Part shown: positions 1 through 14,190 of the stretch, piece after piece
How positions within the stretch are numbered: the first letter of the stretch is position 1
How the letters are laid out: the number at the start of each line of letters is the position of its first letter
NCBI RefSeq assembly: GCF_009914755.1
Contig: NC_060929.1
Reading direction: 5' to 3' (one strand)
From: the human T2T-CHM13v2.0 reference genome, Homo sapiens
DNA length: 64,000 bases
The notes under the pieces: generated by a model
Seen by the model: only the letters and a program-made list of their open reading frames with translations
Told to the model about the DNA's origin: nothing
The model's database searches: none
Program-made: the position numbers and the translations under genes

Positions 1-39
1 ATGGTATACGGTTGTTCCACTATCGAGGAGGATGCTGTG

Positions 40-400
40 CTGATAGTGCTGTACACTCACTCTCTGCTAGTCCTCTGCACAGAGAAGGATGTCTTTCAGT
101 TTGGCTTCTGGTTGGGTTTGGCCAATGGGAGGCAGGAGAAGGAGATTGGGGGAGGGAGGAAAAAGAGATTATGACATTGATTCCCCGCTTGCTGCTAGAC
201 TCTGCTGGGGATAGTTCCTTGATTTCCCTTAGGGTCTAAGGGTGGTAAGGGCATCTGTCTTCCACTGCCTGAATACCACAACATGCGCTGTTTGTTCCCT
301 TAATCTTGCCCACCTCTTCATAAATAGTCCCTTAATTAAATTCTGTTCAGTTAAACTCTTTTGAATAGAATCTATATCTCATCTGGAACCTAACTAATAT
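40..400 (+). mobile_element. Old ERVL-type solo LTR, LTR33-like
   Basis: 'ggcttctggttgggtttggccaatgggaggcag' and 'cccttaatcttgcccacctcttcataaatagtcccttaattaaa...ggaacctaactaata' resemble the LTR33 body and 3' end; boundaries approximate. Confidence 0.55.
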
Positions 401-3013
401 ATATACACAGAGCAATTTAGATTTTTATTTTATGATCCTCTGAACACTTAAAATTCGCAATATTGATGCCCAAAATGATAGTTATCTACCCAATATGTTA
501 AAATTATTTTCCTAGTTTTTACTCAGTTACTTCAGTTTCAAGGTGACTCTGAATATGTTAAGGGCAAATGGTTCTTAAGAATAATAATATTCTTTATGTG
601 ACTGTGGTTCAGAATCCTTCCGCATACAACTTTTGAATGGTACTTTTATCAATTGTTTCTTTTTTGTTTTGTTTCTTTTCCTTTCTTCAAAGCAGGATGA
701 AGGAGCTTTCAAAAGAAATAATCAACTAAAATCCTAGGAGTCTTCAATAAGATAATTCAGTACGTGACAATATAAAGTGACTAATCTTTCTGAAAAATAA
801 ATATTTGGTGGTTACCAAATATATGTGGAAAGACCATACTGGAGCATTTAACTTCCCTATTATAAACCATTTGTAGGTAATTTTTGAATACATATTGCAG
901 GCAAACTAAAGTGAAAGCTAAAAAATTTCTTTCCATTTTCCTTGTGTGTAACAGAGTTTCTCAACTAAGAAAGCTCAGTACTATTATTTGACTTACAGAA
1001 AAAAATATCATCTATTTATCCCCTCTATTTATCTCTTCTGGCATTTATTTATCTTTGACTATTTTACTTTATATTACTTTATCTCTGCATTACTATTATC
1101 GTATGCATCTTACTAGTTTCTTGCTATTTATTTACCTCTTTTAAGATTTTCCCCAAATAAGTACAACATTCTTTATTTTGTTTTCTATTTTTAATCATGA
1201 AGTTAAGATATCCTCTGAATGTGTTTTTTCCCCCATACTTCTGTTTTTACTAAAAAATGTTCCTGTTTTATTTGCTTAGTAAATGCTATGCAATTTTCTT
1301 TATTATTTCCATTTGATTCAGTAAATATCCAGAAGTATGTTTCTTAGTTTTAATATTAGTACATTTTGCTTACAATTTTATTATTTACTTTTAGTGTTGG
1401 TAGATTTTTATCCAAGAATATGGCCCTCCATACTTCTTAACTTTTATAATTGCCTTTATCTTCTAGTAGCTGGTCAATTTTTATAAATTTTCCTTGGACA
1501 TATGTAACAAACATATACTATCATGCAATAAATAAAACCTTTAAAAGTTATTTAATACATGGTTATCTTAATTTGTTATTTCAACATTTTGTGGCTTTCC
1601 CTTCTAGCATTCTGTCTGATTCATGAGACGTGCATTCAAATGTTCACAATAATATTTTTCCTTAATTTCTTTTATTTTTAGTAACATTTGTTTTAATATT
1701 CACATGCTATGCTGTTTGGTGCACACATGTTCATTAGATTTGAGTATGAGCTTAACACATCTTTATAAGTTAAGACAGCTCACTACATAACTCCCATCTT
1801 TGGCCCTGCTAAGTGATTCTGTATTAAATTCCAATTTATCTCACATTATTCTTCCAATCCCACTCTTTGCATTGATTATATTTGCAGGCACTACTTTGAC
1901 CATTCCTTTAATTTCAACACTTATTTCATTAAATGTTATGAATAACTCATAACTACTTTCTTTGTTTACTGCAAATTTGAACTTTTATTCTTTTCAGAGG
2001 AGAATTTAGAATGCAGCATTAGATTGATATACCTATATTTTCCCTTCTATTTTAATTTGTTTACTTTTTATTTAACTCATTAATTATTTTCTGTACTTTC
2101 CATTTATTAAATGTTACTCCTTCTCCTAAACTCGTTATCAAATATATTATTATATTAAAAAATGAGATTTCCACTATCATCTCCCCGTTTCCCAACAAGG
2201 CAAACTATTCTGTTGCTGCTCTTATTACTTGCTAATAAGATGAATGCATGTGTTTCAAATATTAATTAAATGTGTTCTAACTAGAGTTGTCCCTACAAGA
2301 GAAATATATTTAATGACTATGAGTAAAAGAGGTAACGATTAGACATTTTTCAATACAAAATACAGAGAACAAGGATAATACCAACCAATCTTTCTTTACG
2401 AATTGTATTGAGAGGATGCATATGGGTATAAATAAATCTGTGTATACACAGCAATGTTATCCTAACAGTAATGGTATTACAAAGATTATAGAGAAAATGA
2501 GCTAATCTGTAAAATAAATGGTTTTCAAGATCAGTTTGCTATCTTATCCTTATGTCTTCCTTTTGCATGACGAAGCTTAGTGGGTATTGGAGGAAATTTT
2601 ATTTTTTAAATTAAGGAATAAAATGCTTCACTGGTTTTTGATGTATTACCAGGATAATACCTATTTTAATGATGAAATTTTTAGTCTTTTGTGGAATTTT
2701 ATTAAAATAAGTAAAAAGAATTTTATGATTTATTTAAAGGAGGTCCATTTCAACTCCTAATCCACAACCATTCTGGTTGAAAAATACGTCATTAAATGGA
2801 GAGAAAGTGATTTTTAAATGTTCTATGGAATTAATATAGCAATGCAAGATGGTTAAATACAGAAATGTAAGAATTTATTGCATAGTACCTTAGCATAGTA
2901 CTAAATAGATAATACTAAGAGTACACCATTTTTTTTCCTATTTTGTCATATAATTGCTGCTTTTTATGATTTCTACCAACAGTGATCTCTATGAGTAAAG
3001 CACTGATAGGTAA

Positions 3014-3310
<297 letters not shown>

Positions 3311-3651
3311 AGCATTGATAGTTAATTTTAAGGCAGACATTGTGTTGACTACAAAATATATGATGAGTTCATAAAATGCAGTAGTCTAGATATTGAAAAG
3401 GATATCAGAGAACAGTGAGAATCACCAGTATGTCAGTAATTAGTGCGAAAACTAGATGCCAACTACTGACTTAAAAGAGTTTATACTCTAATGTGAACTG
3501 AGGTGGGATAATGTGGGAAGGGAACAGATGGGACGGAGTGAAATGGATAAAACAAGTATAAAAATATCCTGAAATCCTCATTTGATATGGCTCATAACAG
3601 TAATGATATTAGAAATAATGACATAATACTCCTATATTTCAACTATCTTCA

Positions 3652-3834
<183 letters not shown>

Positions 3835-5689
3835 TTATTCTTAAAGATTTAGGTTATCATTTAATCATGGAAAATATCCTAGTCAAATATATTACCTCTA
3901 TGAAGTTTTCATTAGCTATTCCATTTTAATTTTTGGTCAACCAACATTAAAGCCAAGGTCAGCAATTTCATGTACCCTTGAAGAGCATAGTTACTACAGA
4001 ATTGAAAGATTTAACTCTCAATAAATTGTGAACTATCATAACAACTTCATCTAATTTTACTATCGGGATGTTTTCCTATTACTTTTCTAAGTCTCATTCT
4101 AAAGTTCATAAGAAAAGTCATCAGTAGAGATATGTTTAGAAGTGTAAGTGTTCATCAATAAGATAGACATTACCTTGTGACTGCCACTGAAACTGCTCTT
4201 CTGCTGAACTGTAAAAAAGAAAATACAGAGATATAATGCATTGATTAGAAAAGAAAAATAAAACCCTAAAATCTAAGACACAAAGGCATATTAGGGTAGT
4301 AACAGTGGCCCCGTTGCATTTCCTTTCATTTCTTACTATGAAAAGGGATTCCACTTTGATATAATTTTAATTTTAATCCATTTGCTGTATATCCCTTTTG
4401 ATTCGCAAGTATTAGCATGTTTTAAATGGACATTGTCCAGTAATTTTCAGAAGAGCTCATTTTTTACAAAGCCCAACCTGTTAGACTCATTCTTTACAAT
4501 AGCTTCTCTATACATGCAGTTTTACTCAATTTTAGTTATTTTAGAATAGGATCATGTAGACTTTGTAAGGTAGCCTAATAAGGAAATAACTATCCCTTTT
4601 TTTATTAGAGAGATGAAATAAATCTTTGCCTCCATTTAGCCATATCATATTAAAATTTCCCTTTAGTTGATTTAAGAGTTTAAGTAATTTAAAAATTATA
4701 ACACTTTACCACCAACTAAATACACATTTCCAAAAATCTCAATAATACATCTTATGAAATGACCCAGACGGAAAGGGTTGTCCATATACATATGCCAAAG
4801 ATACTGTATAGAGTGGTTCTGTATAGGTAACAGATTTATTTTGAATGACTTATTAAATACAAAATACATAGTTTCTAAATATGAGCAATTCTTCCATTGT
4901 GTATGCAAACACTTCCTACAGGCCCCTTTTTTATATGTAAATAATCGGTGAGAAATCTACATGCTAATTCCTGAAAGACATCATTTTGAGAATGATTTTG
5001 TACACTTATTTCATGATATTTTACTCTGTTCAAGCAGCTTCTCTGAATAGTTCATTAGTTTCACAACAGCACATGGATTGTAGACCTTTAGTCTGTACCT
5101 TAGAGGTGGGTTCTGAATACATTTACGGAGAAAAAGGGAATTCTGGGTATAAATCAATGTTCAGAAAGGCCATGACTGGCGTAAATGAAAACAAGAGTAG
5201 TCCATTAAGAGACATGTGACTGTTATGGGGTATCTTGCCCCTGAGTCAATCAATATTAGGAAACTGGACAATGGTTTTATAATAATGAGAGCTGTAGACA
5301 ATATTGATACAGGAAATGATAATATTTCAAATTCAGTCCAATGCAACTATTTCTTGCACAAAAAGATGTGACATTATATAATAGTAACATATAACTACAA
5401 AGTTTAGCCCTTAAAATAGAAATGTAATAAAAATGATTTTAAAAATTATAAAAACCTTTTAAAAATTAACAGGTTCACTTAGTAAGTGGAATTTAATATA
5501 AAGTAGTCCCATCTTATTATTCAAGAATCACCAATTCAAAAATCAGAACCATAGTTATCCTGGCTATTTTAATCCTCTAAGAAGTCTATGGATCATTACT
5601 TTTCAAGAATGTGAATATCAAAATACTACTGTTTAAAGATCAATCCCATTGGTCATTTGCAGAAACTAGACTAGAACTCAGGCATATGG

Positions 5690-5875
5690 GTTCTGAGTAA
5701 TTCCAAATGCTTACTTGTGTCAGAATCACCTGTAGCATTTCTTAAGTATATGTATTTTGGGGCCCTACTAGAGACCTACAAGATGAAAAAGTCTACGGAT
5801 TAGGCTGGGAGCCTGCATTGCATAACAAGCTTCCATGATGATCCTTGCGTGCTTCTAACTTTGTAAAACACTAGA
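5690..5875. mobile_element. MER5-like hAT-Charlie MITE
   Basis: 'tcagaatcacctg...ctgcattgcataacaagcttccatgatgatcc...aaacactag' is a typical MER5A/B core. Confidence 0.6.
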
Positions 5876-6026
5876 TACTATTTTCATTAATCATCCATTA
5901 TTAATTTAGGGCTCCCCACAACTTCATTCTTCTATATTTTAAGGCTGGACAAATTCTCAAGGTGGTATAATATTTTAAGTGTTTACATGCCATGGATTTA
6001 TACACAGATAGAAAACACTTCCATAT

Positions 6027-6490
6027 TGATAGTGGGTTGAACGGAGGGCCTTCCTCTCTCAAAAGATATGTCCTCATCAAAACCCTAAGACCTGTGAATG
6101 GTAACATATTTGGGAAAAGTGCTTTTGCAGGTGTAATTAAGTTAATAATCTTCAGATGAGGTCATCCTGGATCATCCAGGTGGGCCCTAAATCCAATTAC
6201 ACATGTGCTTATAAGAGATAGAAGAGAGACAAAAATGGAGAAGGGCAGGCCATGTGAAAATGGGGGCAGAGACTGGAGTGATGCAGGCACAAGTCAAGGA
6301 ATGCGTGAAGTCATCAGAACCTGAAAGAGGTAGGGAAGGAAACTCCCCTGGAGTATTTGTAGGGAATGCAGCCCTGCTGACACCTTGATTTTGAACTTTT
6401 GGTCTCCAAAACCATGACAGAATAAATTTCTATTGTTTTAAGTCACCCAGTTGTGGTAATTTGTTATGACAGCGCCAGGAAACAGATACA
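6027..6490 (+). mobile_element. MLT1C-like MaLR solo LTR
   Basis: 'tgatagtgggttgaa...gggtgggccctaaatccaat...gccctgctgacaccttgattttg...aataaatttctattgttttaag...ggaaacagataca'. Confidence 0.9.
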
Positions 6491-6739
6491 ACAAAAAAGT
6501 TCTCGTGTTATGTCCTCCAGGATTTGCTATTATCTCTATACTCCTACATTCCTTCACCAGTACAGCTATTTACTAAGTGCTTCCTGAATACCAAGGCCCA
6601 GTTAATTCACAACAATCACAAATCTCTTCTTTATAGATGGGGAATAACAGATTTAGTAATGTTGAAAAACTTGGCCAAACAGCTCCTAAGGATCCCAGCA
6701 GGGATTTAAACTGATGTGTGAACTCCTAAACTCAAATTC

Positions 6740-7420
6740 TTTTCTTTAAACCTTTATTTCCGGGATCCATGCGAAGGTTTGTTACACAGGTAAACTCATG
6801 TCATGGGGGTTTGTTGTACAGATTATTTCATCACCCAGGAATTAAGCCCAGAACCCAAGAGTTATCTTTTCTGCTTCTCCACCTCCTCCCACCCTCCACT
6901 CTCAAATAGACCCCAGTGTCTGTGGTTTCCTTCTTTGTGTCATAAGTTCTCATCATTTAGCTCCCACTTGTAAGTGAGAACATGCAGTCTTTGGTTTTCT
7001 GTCTCTGCAGTAGTTTGCTAAGGATAATGGCCTCCAGCCCTATCCATGTTCCTGCAAAGGACATGATCTCATCCTTTTTCATGGCTGCATAGTATTCCAT
7101 GGTGTATATGTACCACATCTTCTTTAATCAGCCTATCATTGATGGGCATTTAGGTTGATTCCATGTCTTTGCTATTGTAAATAGTGCTGCAATGAACATT
7201 TGTGTGCATGTGTCTTTATGGTACAATAATTCATATTCCTCTGTAATGGGATTGTCGGGTTGAATAGCAGTTCTGCTTTTAGCTCTTTGAGGAATCATCA
7301 TACCGCTTTCTACAATGGTTGCACAAATTTATATTCCCACCAACAGTGTGTAAGTGTTCACTTTTCTCCTCAACCTCTCCAGCATCTATTATTTTTTGAC
7401 TTTTTAATAACAGCCATTCT
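6740..7420 (-). mobile_element. L1PA (older, about PA13-16) 3' end fragment
   Basis: Antisense L1 3'UTR and ORF2 end: 'catcatttagctcccacttgtaagtgagaacatgc', 'atggctgcatagtattccatggtgtatatgtaccac'. Confidence 0.92.
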
Positions 7421-7441
7421 TTCAAAATCAAGTCATGGTGG

Positions 7442-7770
7442 CGCTAGGCATGGTGACTCATGCCTCTAACCCTGGCTCATGCTTATAATCCCAGTGATTT
7501 GGGAGGCTGAAGCAGGGGGATGGTTTGAGGCCAGGAATTCCAGACTAGCCTGGGCAACATAGCAAGACCTCATCTCTACAAAATCTTTTTAAAAATTAGC
7601 AAGGTTTGTTGGTGCGTGCCTCTATTTCTAGCTAATTGGGAGGTCAACATGGGAAGATTCTTTGAGTCCAGGAGTTTGAGGCTTCAGTGAGCTGAGATTG
7701 CGCCACTGTCCCTCATGCACCCCAGCCTAGGTAAAAGAGTAAGACCACTGCCTCTAAAACATTAAAAAAT
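7442..7770 (+). mobile_element. AluJ with a short 5' internal duplication
   Basis: J-type 'tttgaggccaggaattc', 'gggcaacatagcaagacc'; 'ctcatgc...taa.ccc' occurs twice at the 5' end. Confidence 0.92.
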
Positions 7771-7859
7771 AATTTTTAAAAATTTGTGCAAGGAAACATG
7801 CTTAGGTTACCACCCATTTTAAGTGATATGAGTGAGGGTGTCAATGAAAGTCATTCCCA

Positions 7860-8200
7860 GTACTCAGTAAAGTCCAGCACTCCTCTCCTTGCAGGCACTT
7901 TGAGGAAAACACTCTGCTTAGCTCCCTTGCACATAGATGGGGTCACAAAAGCCTATGAGAGGAAGTGACAAGTGCCACTTTATGGCCAAGCACAGAAGAA
8001 TAAGCATGAGGTCTTCATGCTTTCTCTCTCTCTTAAGCCCTGTGTTGAGATGCATGCCTGAGTAACTATGTGGAATGGAGACTTCTGCCAACCCACAGAG
8101 AACACAGAGCACCAGTGAGAAACAAATAATTGTTGTGTTAAAACTCTGTAATTAGAGGGCTGTCTGATCCTGAAGAATAAATGTCACACTGACCAAAACA
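7860..8200 (+). mobile_element. Old MLT1 (I/J/K-like) LTR fragment
   Basis: 'ctcccttgcacatagatggggtcac...gaggaagtgacaagtgccactt...agtgagaaacaaataattgttgtgttaa'. Confidence 0.55.
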
Positions 8201-9196
8201 AAAAGGTGAATTCCTAAGGCATTTCTTGCTCTTGCTCTTCGATTTCTGCAGCACAGAGTTGGAAGAAAATGTCCGGGGTAACCCTAGTACAAATAAGGTG
8301 GTGCCGATTTTATGTGCAGGTGTTGATTTTATGTTTAGGACTACACGTCATGCTATTAGATATTTATTTTTCTGTTCATCTCTATCAAATGTGTTTCAAT
8401 TTTATGACACAACAGAAAAAAGAAGAAACTCTTTTTATTATAATTTAAAAAATATAATTGGAAGTGAATATAAAACTGTCTTTCCAAAGCACAGGCAACT
8501 TCCTTTTGGGCAGACAAAAAGCACTAATCACTTCAATGGTTTCCCTGATTTCTTTGGCACAGTTAAAATGCATTAAAAGTATGACTGATCACAGAGAATG
8601 GAAGTCCCAAGAGAAAGCTGGTTTGGATTTTATTTCCTTTAAGTGCACACTTTAATCTCTTAGCTAGGAGATTTTATGCAATTGCCTATTTTATGTATTT
8701 GATTCCTTGTTTTAAAAATTGCTCTAAGGTAGATGCTTTTTAAAAAGCAAACAAACTATTTATTTATTCAATAAACATGGATTATGCCTGGGTCACAGAC
8801 ACACTCATATCAGGTGTCTAGGAATTACCTGTGGTAAATTTTCTCTCAATTACATAATTCAATTTAATATAATAGAAACGTCATTTTTGAAGGTGTTATA
8901 ACTTAAATGCATGTTCAACTTCAGGAAATAAAGTTTGCTTTTACTGCTGAAATGCTATTTTATGAAATAGAAATCACCTCTAAAGAAATAAATGTAAAAA
9001 AGACTATAGACATAATTTTGATCAGTCCATATGTGTTTGAATATACCTAAATATAAGATCCAGAACCTAGTGACTGTGAGAAAAACATGTATTTAGGACA
9101 AAGACAACCATAAATAACACTTAGCCTTTAAATACATAAAGACATCAGTGATGCTAGGAAAGAAATTTTGAAACAATATATTGAAAGCAAAAATCC

Positions 9197-9415
9197 TAAT
9201 AGCTAATATTTATATAGGTCTCATTTGGTAGCAGACAATAGTCTAACTGATTTGTAGTTAATCTTCATATTAAAACTTTTGAGAAAGGTAATATTTTCCC
9301 ATTTTAGAGATAATAAAACCAAGGTAAAAAGATGCCACGGAAGTTGCTAGAGGTCCCTCAGCCAGTTAGTAGAGAAGCCAGGGTTATGACCTTGGTTTTC
9401 TGGTTCCAGAGTCTA
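9197..9415 (-). mobile_element. MIR
   Basis: Antisense MIR core 'taatagctaatattta...cccattttagagataataaaaccaagg...agccagttagtagagaagccaggg'. Confidence 0.75.
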
Positions 9416-10263
9416 CAGAAATGTGTGAACCACTATTCCAGTCATACATTTGGCTACATCAAAAGTAAAACCTTATGTGACTAAAAAACTCCTACCAGAA
9501 ACCAAGTTGTAAAATAAGCCACAACCTGGGAGAAAATATTTGCAAGGCATATAACTTACAAAAGCTTACTTTCCAGAATATACAATGAACTCCAATGAAT
9601 TAATAAGATAGAGATTTAAAATGAAATAGAAGAGAGCTCATCAGACATGCATAGCTGGTGCACAGCAAAAAAACAAAAAAAAATGTATGGCCACTGAACA
9701 CATTAAAAGTATTTGAGGAATAAAAATTAAACACAAGATAACTCCTCATACACCACAAACTGTCCAAAAATTTGAAAGCCTGACAATATTAAGTGTGGGG
9801 GAAGAAATGGGGAAGTAATTCTCATACACTGTAGGTGGGAAAGTAAATTAGTGAAACACACAGGTGACCTGTGGGATAGTACCTGGTAATTTTGTACATG
9901 TAATACCTAATCACCCAGGAATTTTGCTTCTATGTAGAGACTCCAGGAAAACATTTGCACCTTTGTCCAGGAGACTTGTACAAGATTGTTCTTGCCTACA
10001 TTGTTGTAATAGCAAGACAATGGAAACAGCCTATGTGTTCCAGTAATAGAAAAATAAACAAATATAATAATATGACTACATATCATATATGAGGGGTCTT
10101 CAAAAAGTTTATGGAAAATGCATATTATGAAAAATTTATTTGTGGATTTCAAATATTTGTTGCACCCAAATAAGCTGATATTAACTTGTTATAACATGTC
10201 TGAACCTGATCTAGTTTGACGCACTAACGAGGGTAAGATATCGGTTTGAAAAGAGCTCTTTTG

Positions 10264-10582
<319 letters not shown>

Positions 10583-10822
10583 GAAAAGAGCTCTTGTTAG
10601 AGCAATATGAATTCTGCTAAAATTGAAGCAAGAATAAATATCAAATTTACAGGAAGCTTGGTTGGAAGAATGGCAAAATCATTGATGCCTTACAAGAAGT
10701 TTATGGTAATAAAGCCACCAGAGAAATCAGCAGTTACAAATGGATAACTGGTTTTAAGAAGGGACGAGATGATGACGAAGATGAAGCCTGCAGTGGCAGA
10801 CCATCCACATCAATTTGTAAGG

Positions 10823-10861
10823 AGCAGGGTCGCACCTGGTTACTACTTGGATATTGGGAGA
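10823..10861 (+). pseudogene. 5S rRNA fragment (about nt 55-90) as filler at the HSMAR2 deletion junction
   Basis: 'agcagggtcgcacctggttactacttggat' matches 5S AGCAGGGTCGGGCCTGGTTAGTACTTGGAT at 27/30, then 'gggaga' follows after a 3-nt insertion. Confidence 0.8.
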
Positions 10862-11129
10862 AATAGAGTTTATTCTTTCCTTTTATCTTTTAATTCCATT
10901 TGTCCACAAACTTTTTGAAATCCCCTCATATGAACACTTATGGAATAAATACTATTTGGCAGGTAAACTAAATTAGCCAGATACATATGTAGTTCTTAAA
11001 AACAAAATACAGAGAAAAAAATGGAAGTTGTCAATAAGATATGTATTGCAGGATCCCAATTATGTGATTTTAGAAACACTGAATAAACAATATTGTTTAT
11101 AAATATACACATTAATACATATACATGCA

Positions 11130-11220
11130 TCTCTCTATATATATATATCTATATAGATGTCTATCTATATATAGATATATAGATAGACATCTATATAGAT
11201 ATATATATAGAGAGAGAGAG
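11130..11220. repeat. Compound (CT)/(TA)/(GA) microsatellite forming a near-perfect palindrome
   Basis: gatgtctatc (11156-65) pairs with gatagacatc (11182-91); flanking TA and CT/AG tracts are also complementary. Confidence 0.9.
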
Positions 11221-12181
11221 AATAAAAACATATGAACTGAAAAGGTATCAAATTCAAGATGGTGGTGGTGGCTCTACAGGGGGTCAGAAGGGTGAAGAAA
11301 ATGAGTCCAAGGAAGGATAACTTCCCTCCCTCTTTTATCTCCAATGTTTTATTTATGAAATATGACAAAATGACCTGAAGTTATTATGACAAAATGTTAA
11401 CATTATTTTAAAAATATCTTTGATACTTGGAAGAGAAAAAATTCCCCATGATTCCTACACTTAGAAATATGCTTAGTTAAATGTTTAGATAAACCTTTGT
11501 GATTGCAGCCTTTATAATATTCTTAGCATTGTTAGAATCACTCCCAGTTTAAACTCAAATGATGCCAAACAATTCTGAAATATATAATTACAAATAATAG
11601 TGGCAACAACTGTTTAGAGATACACTAACTTCTTTTTCCATTTCATATGTGAGACAACTGACAGTGTCATTTTTACAATGTTTCAAGTTTGATTTAGTTT
11701 GAACATTTCAAGTAAGCAACCAATAATCTTCAAGTTCAGAGGGCATGAAATAGGAAGCACACTGGTGTAAACCCAAAGACAACCTTTGAGTTCCTTCACA
11801 AGTGATTTCCACCTCATCATTCCAACATCATAGCCTTAGTAACTATCTCCAGGCCATTTCTAATAAAAATATATATATGAAAGTTCAAAGCATTTTTCTT
11901 AATGCCAGGAAAAGACACAAAGCAAACCATTACTAGAGATATTCCATCTGTTATGAACCTGCTCAAATATACTCTTATTGTCTTTTTCAATTTTTTGATG
12001 CCCAAAGCATCAGTCTCCACATTGTATCATGTGGTGTATTATTGCTCACAATATCTTTCAAAATGAAATAAAGGTACAGAACTATGAGTTTTTTTGTTAG
12101 TCTGCTTTTGAGTTAAGCAATGTACCTAAAACATAAGCCAGAGAAACTACTGGGAAATAAATTGCTTCAAAACTGACCTCT

Positions 12182-12505
<324 letters not shown>

Positions 12506-13099
12506 CTATAGGAACAAAGACCTTTATATTGATGATGTCCATATGACCTGACCTTGTATTTGGACAGCAAAACATTTTTAGTACATAGTTTTGCATGCAG
12601 CCCTCCCAAGAATAGCCATGGGTTGCAAAATAAAATGCCCTTAGCCTCAAGTACTGTGAAAGTGTAACATATTTAGTTAAAAATGGTGAAGAGTGATCCC
12701 CCACTGAGCTCGGCTTTAGGCCGCTGTTGCCCTGTTCCATTAGCGCATTATGTCCAGAATCACTGGTTTGGGTTGCCGAATAACTCCACTCTCCGCAGAA
12801 TGTTTCGTGGAACTGACTTCCCTTTGGTCGGCTGCCTGTGGTCTCTATACTTGTCTGTGATATAATCCCAAATGAATGTCCTAATATCTCTGCCATGCAA
12901 TTAGAATGCCGTTTTTCTTGCTTAGATGATATATCTTCTTTTTGCTTTAACTATTGCCATCAAAAATACAACTTGACGGCTATTATGAACATTTTTACAG
13001 GCTACAATGGATATAGCTACAGAATCTCAAAGCCTGGTATATCTTGAGGAAGTAAGGAACTGCTTCCTCTTTTATGAGATTGTTACCCAGTGTCATGCC

Positions 13100-13633
13100 T
13101 ACGTGACACAGGTAAATTTCTACCCCACCTTAACTCTGCTTACCTTTAGGAAACTAGATCCCTGAGAGGTCAGAAGCTCCCACTTCTGACCAAACTGGCT
13201 AAGACTAGCGGGAACCAATATAGCAGCTCGTCTGACCTCTGAAGAACCTCTAACTTCATTATAATCTGATTTCCATGCTAAATGATGCTCCCACTAGCAC
13301 CATGACAGTTGGCAATCACCATGACAACAACTGGAGGAAACCATAAAAGGACAAAAGGAAAGTGGTAGCTCCAGTTCTGAGAAGTTCCCTGCCCATTCCC
13401 AGAAAAGATATGAATATTCTTCCCCTTGCTTTTCATGCCCAACCCCTTCATTCAAGATACCCTACATCTGTGACTTTCCAGCTGTCACCCCTGTCACACA
13501 CCTGCTTCTTGATTTCATGGCCACTGAATACAGCTTGCTCTGCTTGACGCTTACTTTTGGTTTTGCATATTGGCTTCGAGGCACCAAACAGGGAAACACC
13601 CCACTTTGAGGGGGACCGGCTTTGCTAGTAACA
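13100..13633 (+). mobile_element. ERV1 solo LTR, MER4 group (MER41/MER66-related)
   Basis: 'atgctaaatgatgctcccactagcaccatgacagttggcaatcaccatgacaac' motif shared with MER41-group LTRs; ends 'agtaaca'; exact subfamily uncertain. Confidence 0.7.
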
Positions 13634-13984
13634 TCATGTTGTTCAAATGGCTTATATGGCTTATTGACTATGGCTTACTCTAATCTATTTCATCACTTGG
13701 AGTACACTGTGGTCCACTGGGGGAGGGCCAAAATGGGGCCAATATGGGGAAATGGGAACAGTGGACACTAAAAAAATACCCAGGCATGGCGGTGTCTGCA
13801 TCTAAGCAGCCAGACACAACCAGTCCTAGAGAAAATGGTGACACAGTCACCACAAACTCTTGGTGAGTGCTCACTGTGGCTCTGCGGATAACAAAGAGAG
13901 GGGCAGCACCAGCTGTCTATGAGTTTGCAGTCAGGTAAGGGCACAAGTAGGTAAACACACAGAACTGGGGGGCTGCTGCCTAAG

Positions 13985-14190
13985 GGGATGTGATCAAGGC
14001 ACTTCTGCCTTACACTCTCCAAGTCTCTGTTTCCTCATTTGTAAAATAGAGATATCACTAGAATTTTTCCCATAGTGATTGTACAAAAGTTAAGGGTATA
14101 AAACACGAAAAATCCATAGAACATTTCCAGGAACATAGGATGCAGGACTGCCCCCGCACTCCAGCCGCCCAACAAAAGTTAAGCTATCAT
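13985..14190 (+). mobile_element. MIR
   Basis: 'tctctgtttcctcatttgtaaaatagagata' MIR core. Confidence 0.7.

Noticed and set aside
801-822. 9-bp-stem hairpin atatttggt-ggtt-accaaatat
   Set aside because: Expected by chance in 64 kb of AT-rich DNA.
930-2300. T-rich region, probably a very old antisense L1M
   Set aside because: Too degraded to give boundaries or a subfamily by eye.
10607-10822. HSMAR2 transposase as a functional CDS
   Set aside because: Frameshifted, and the catalytic domain is deleted.
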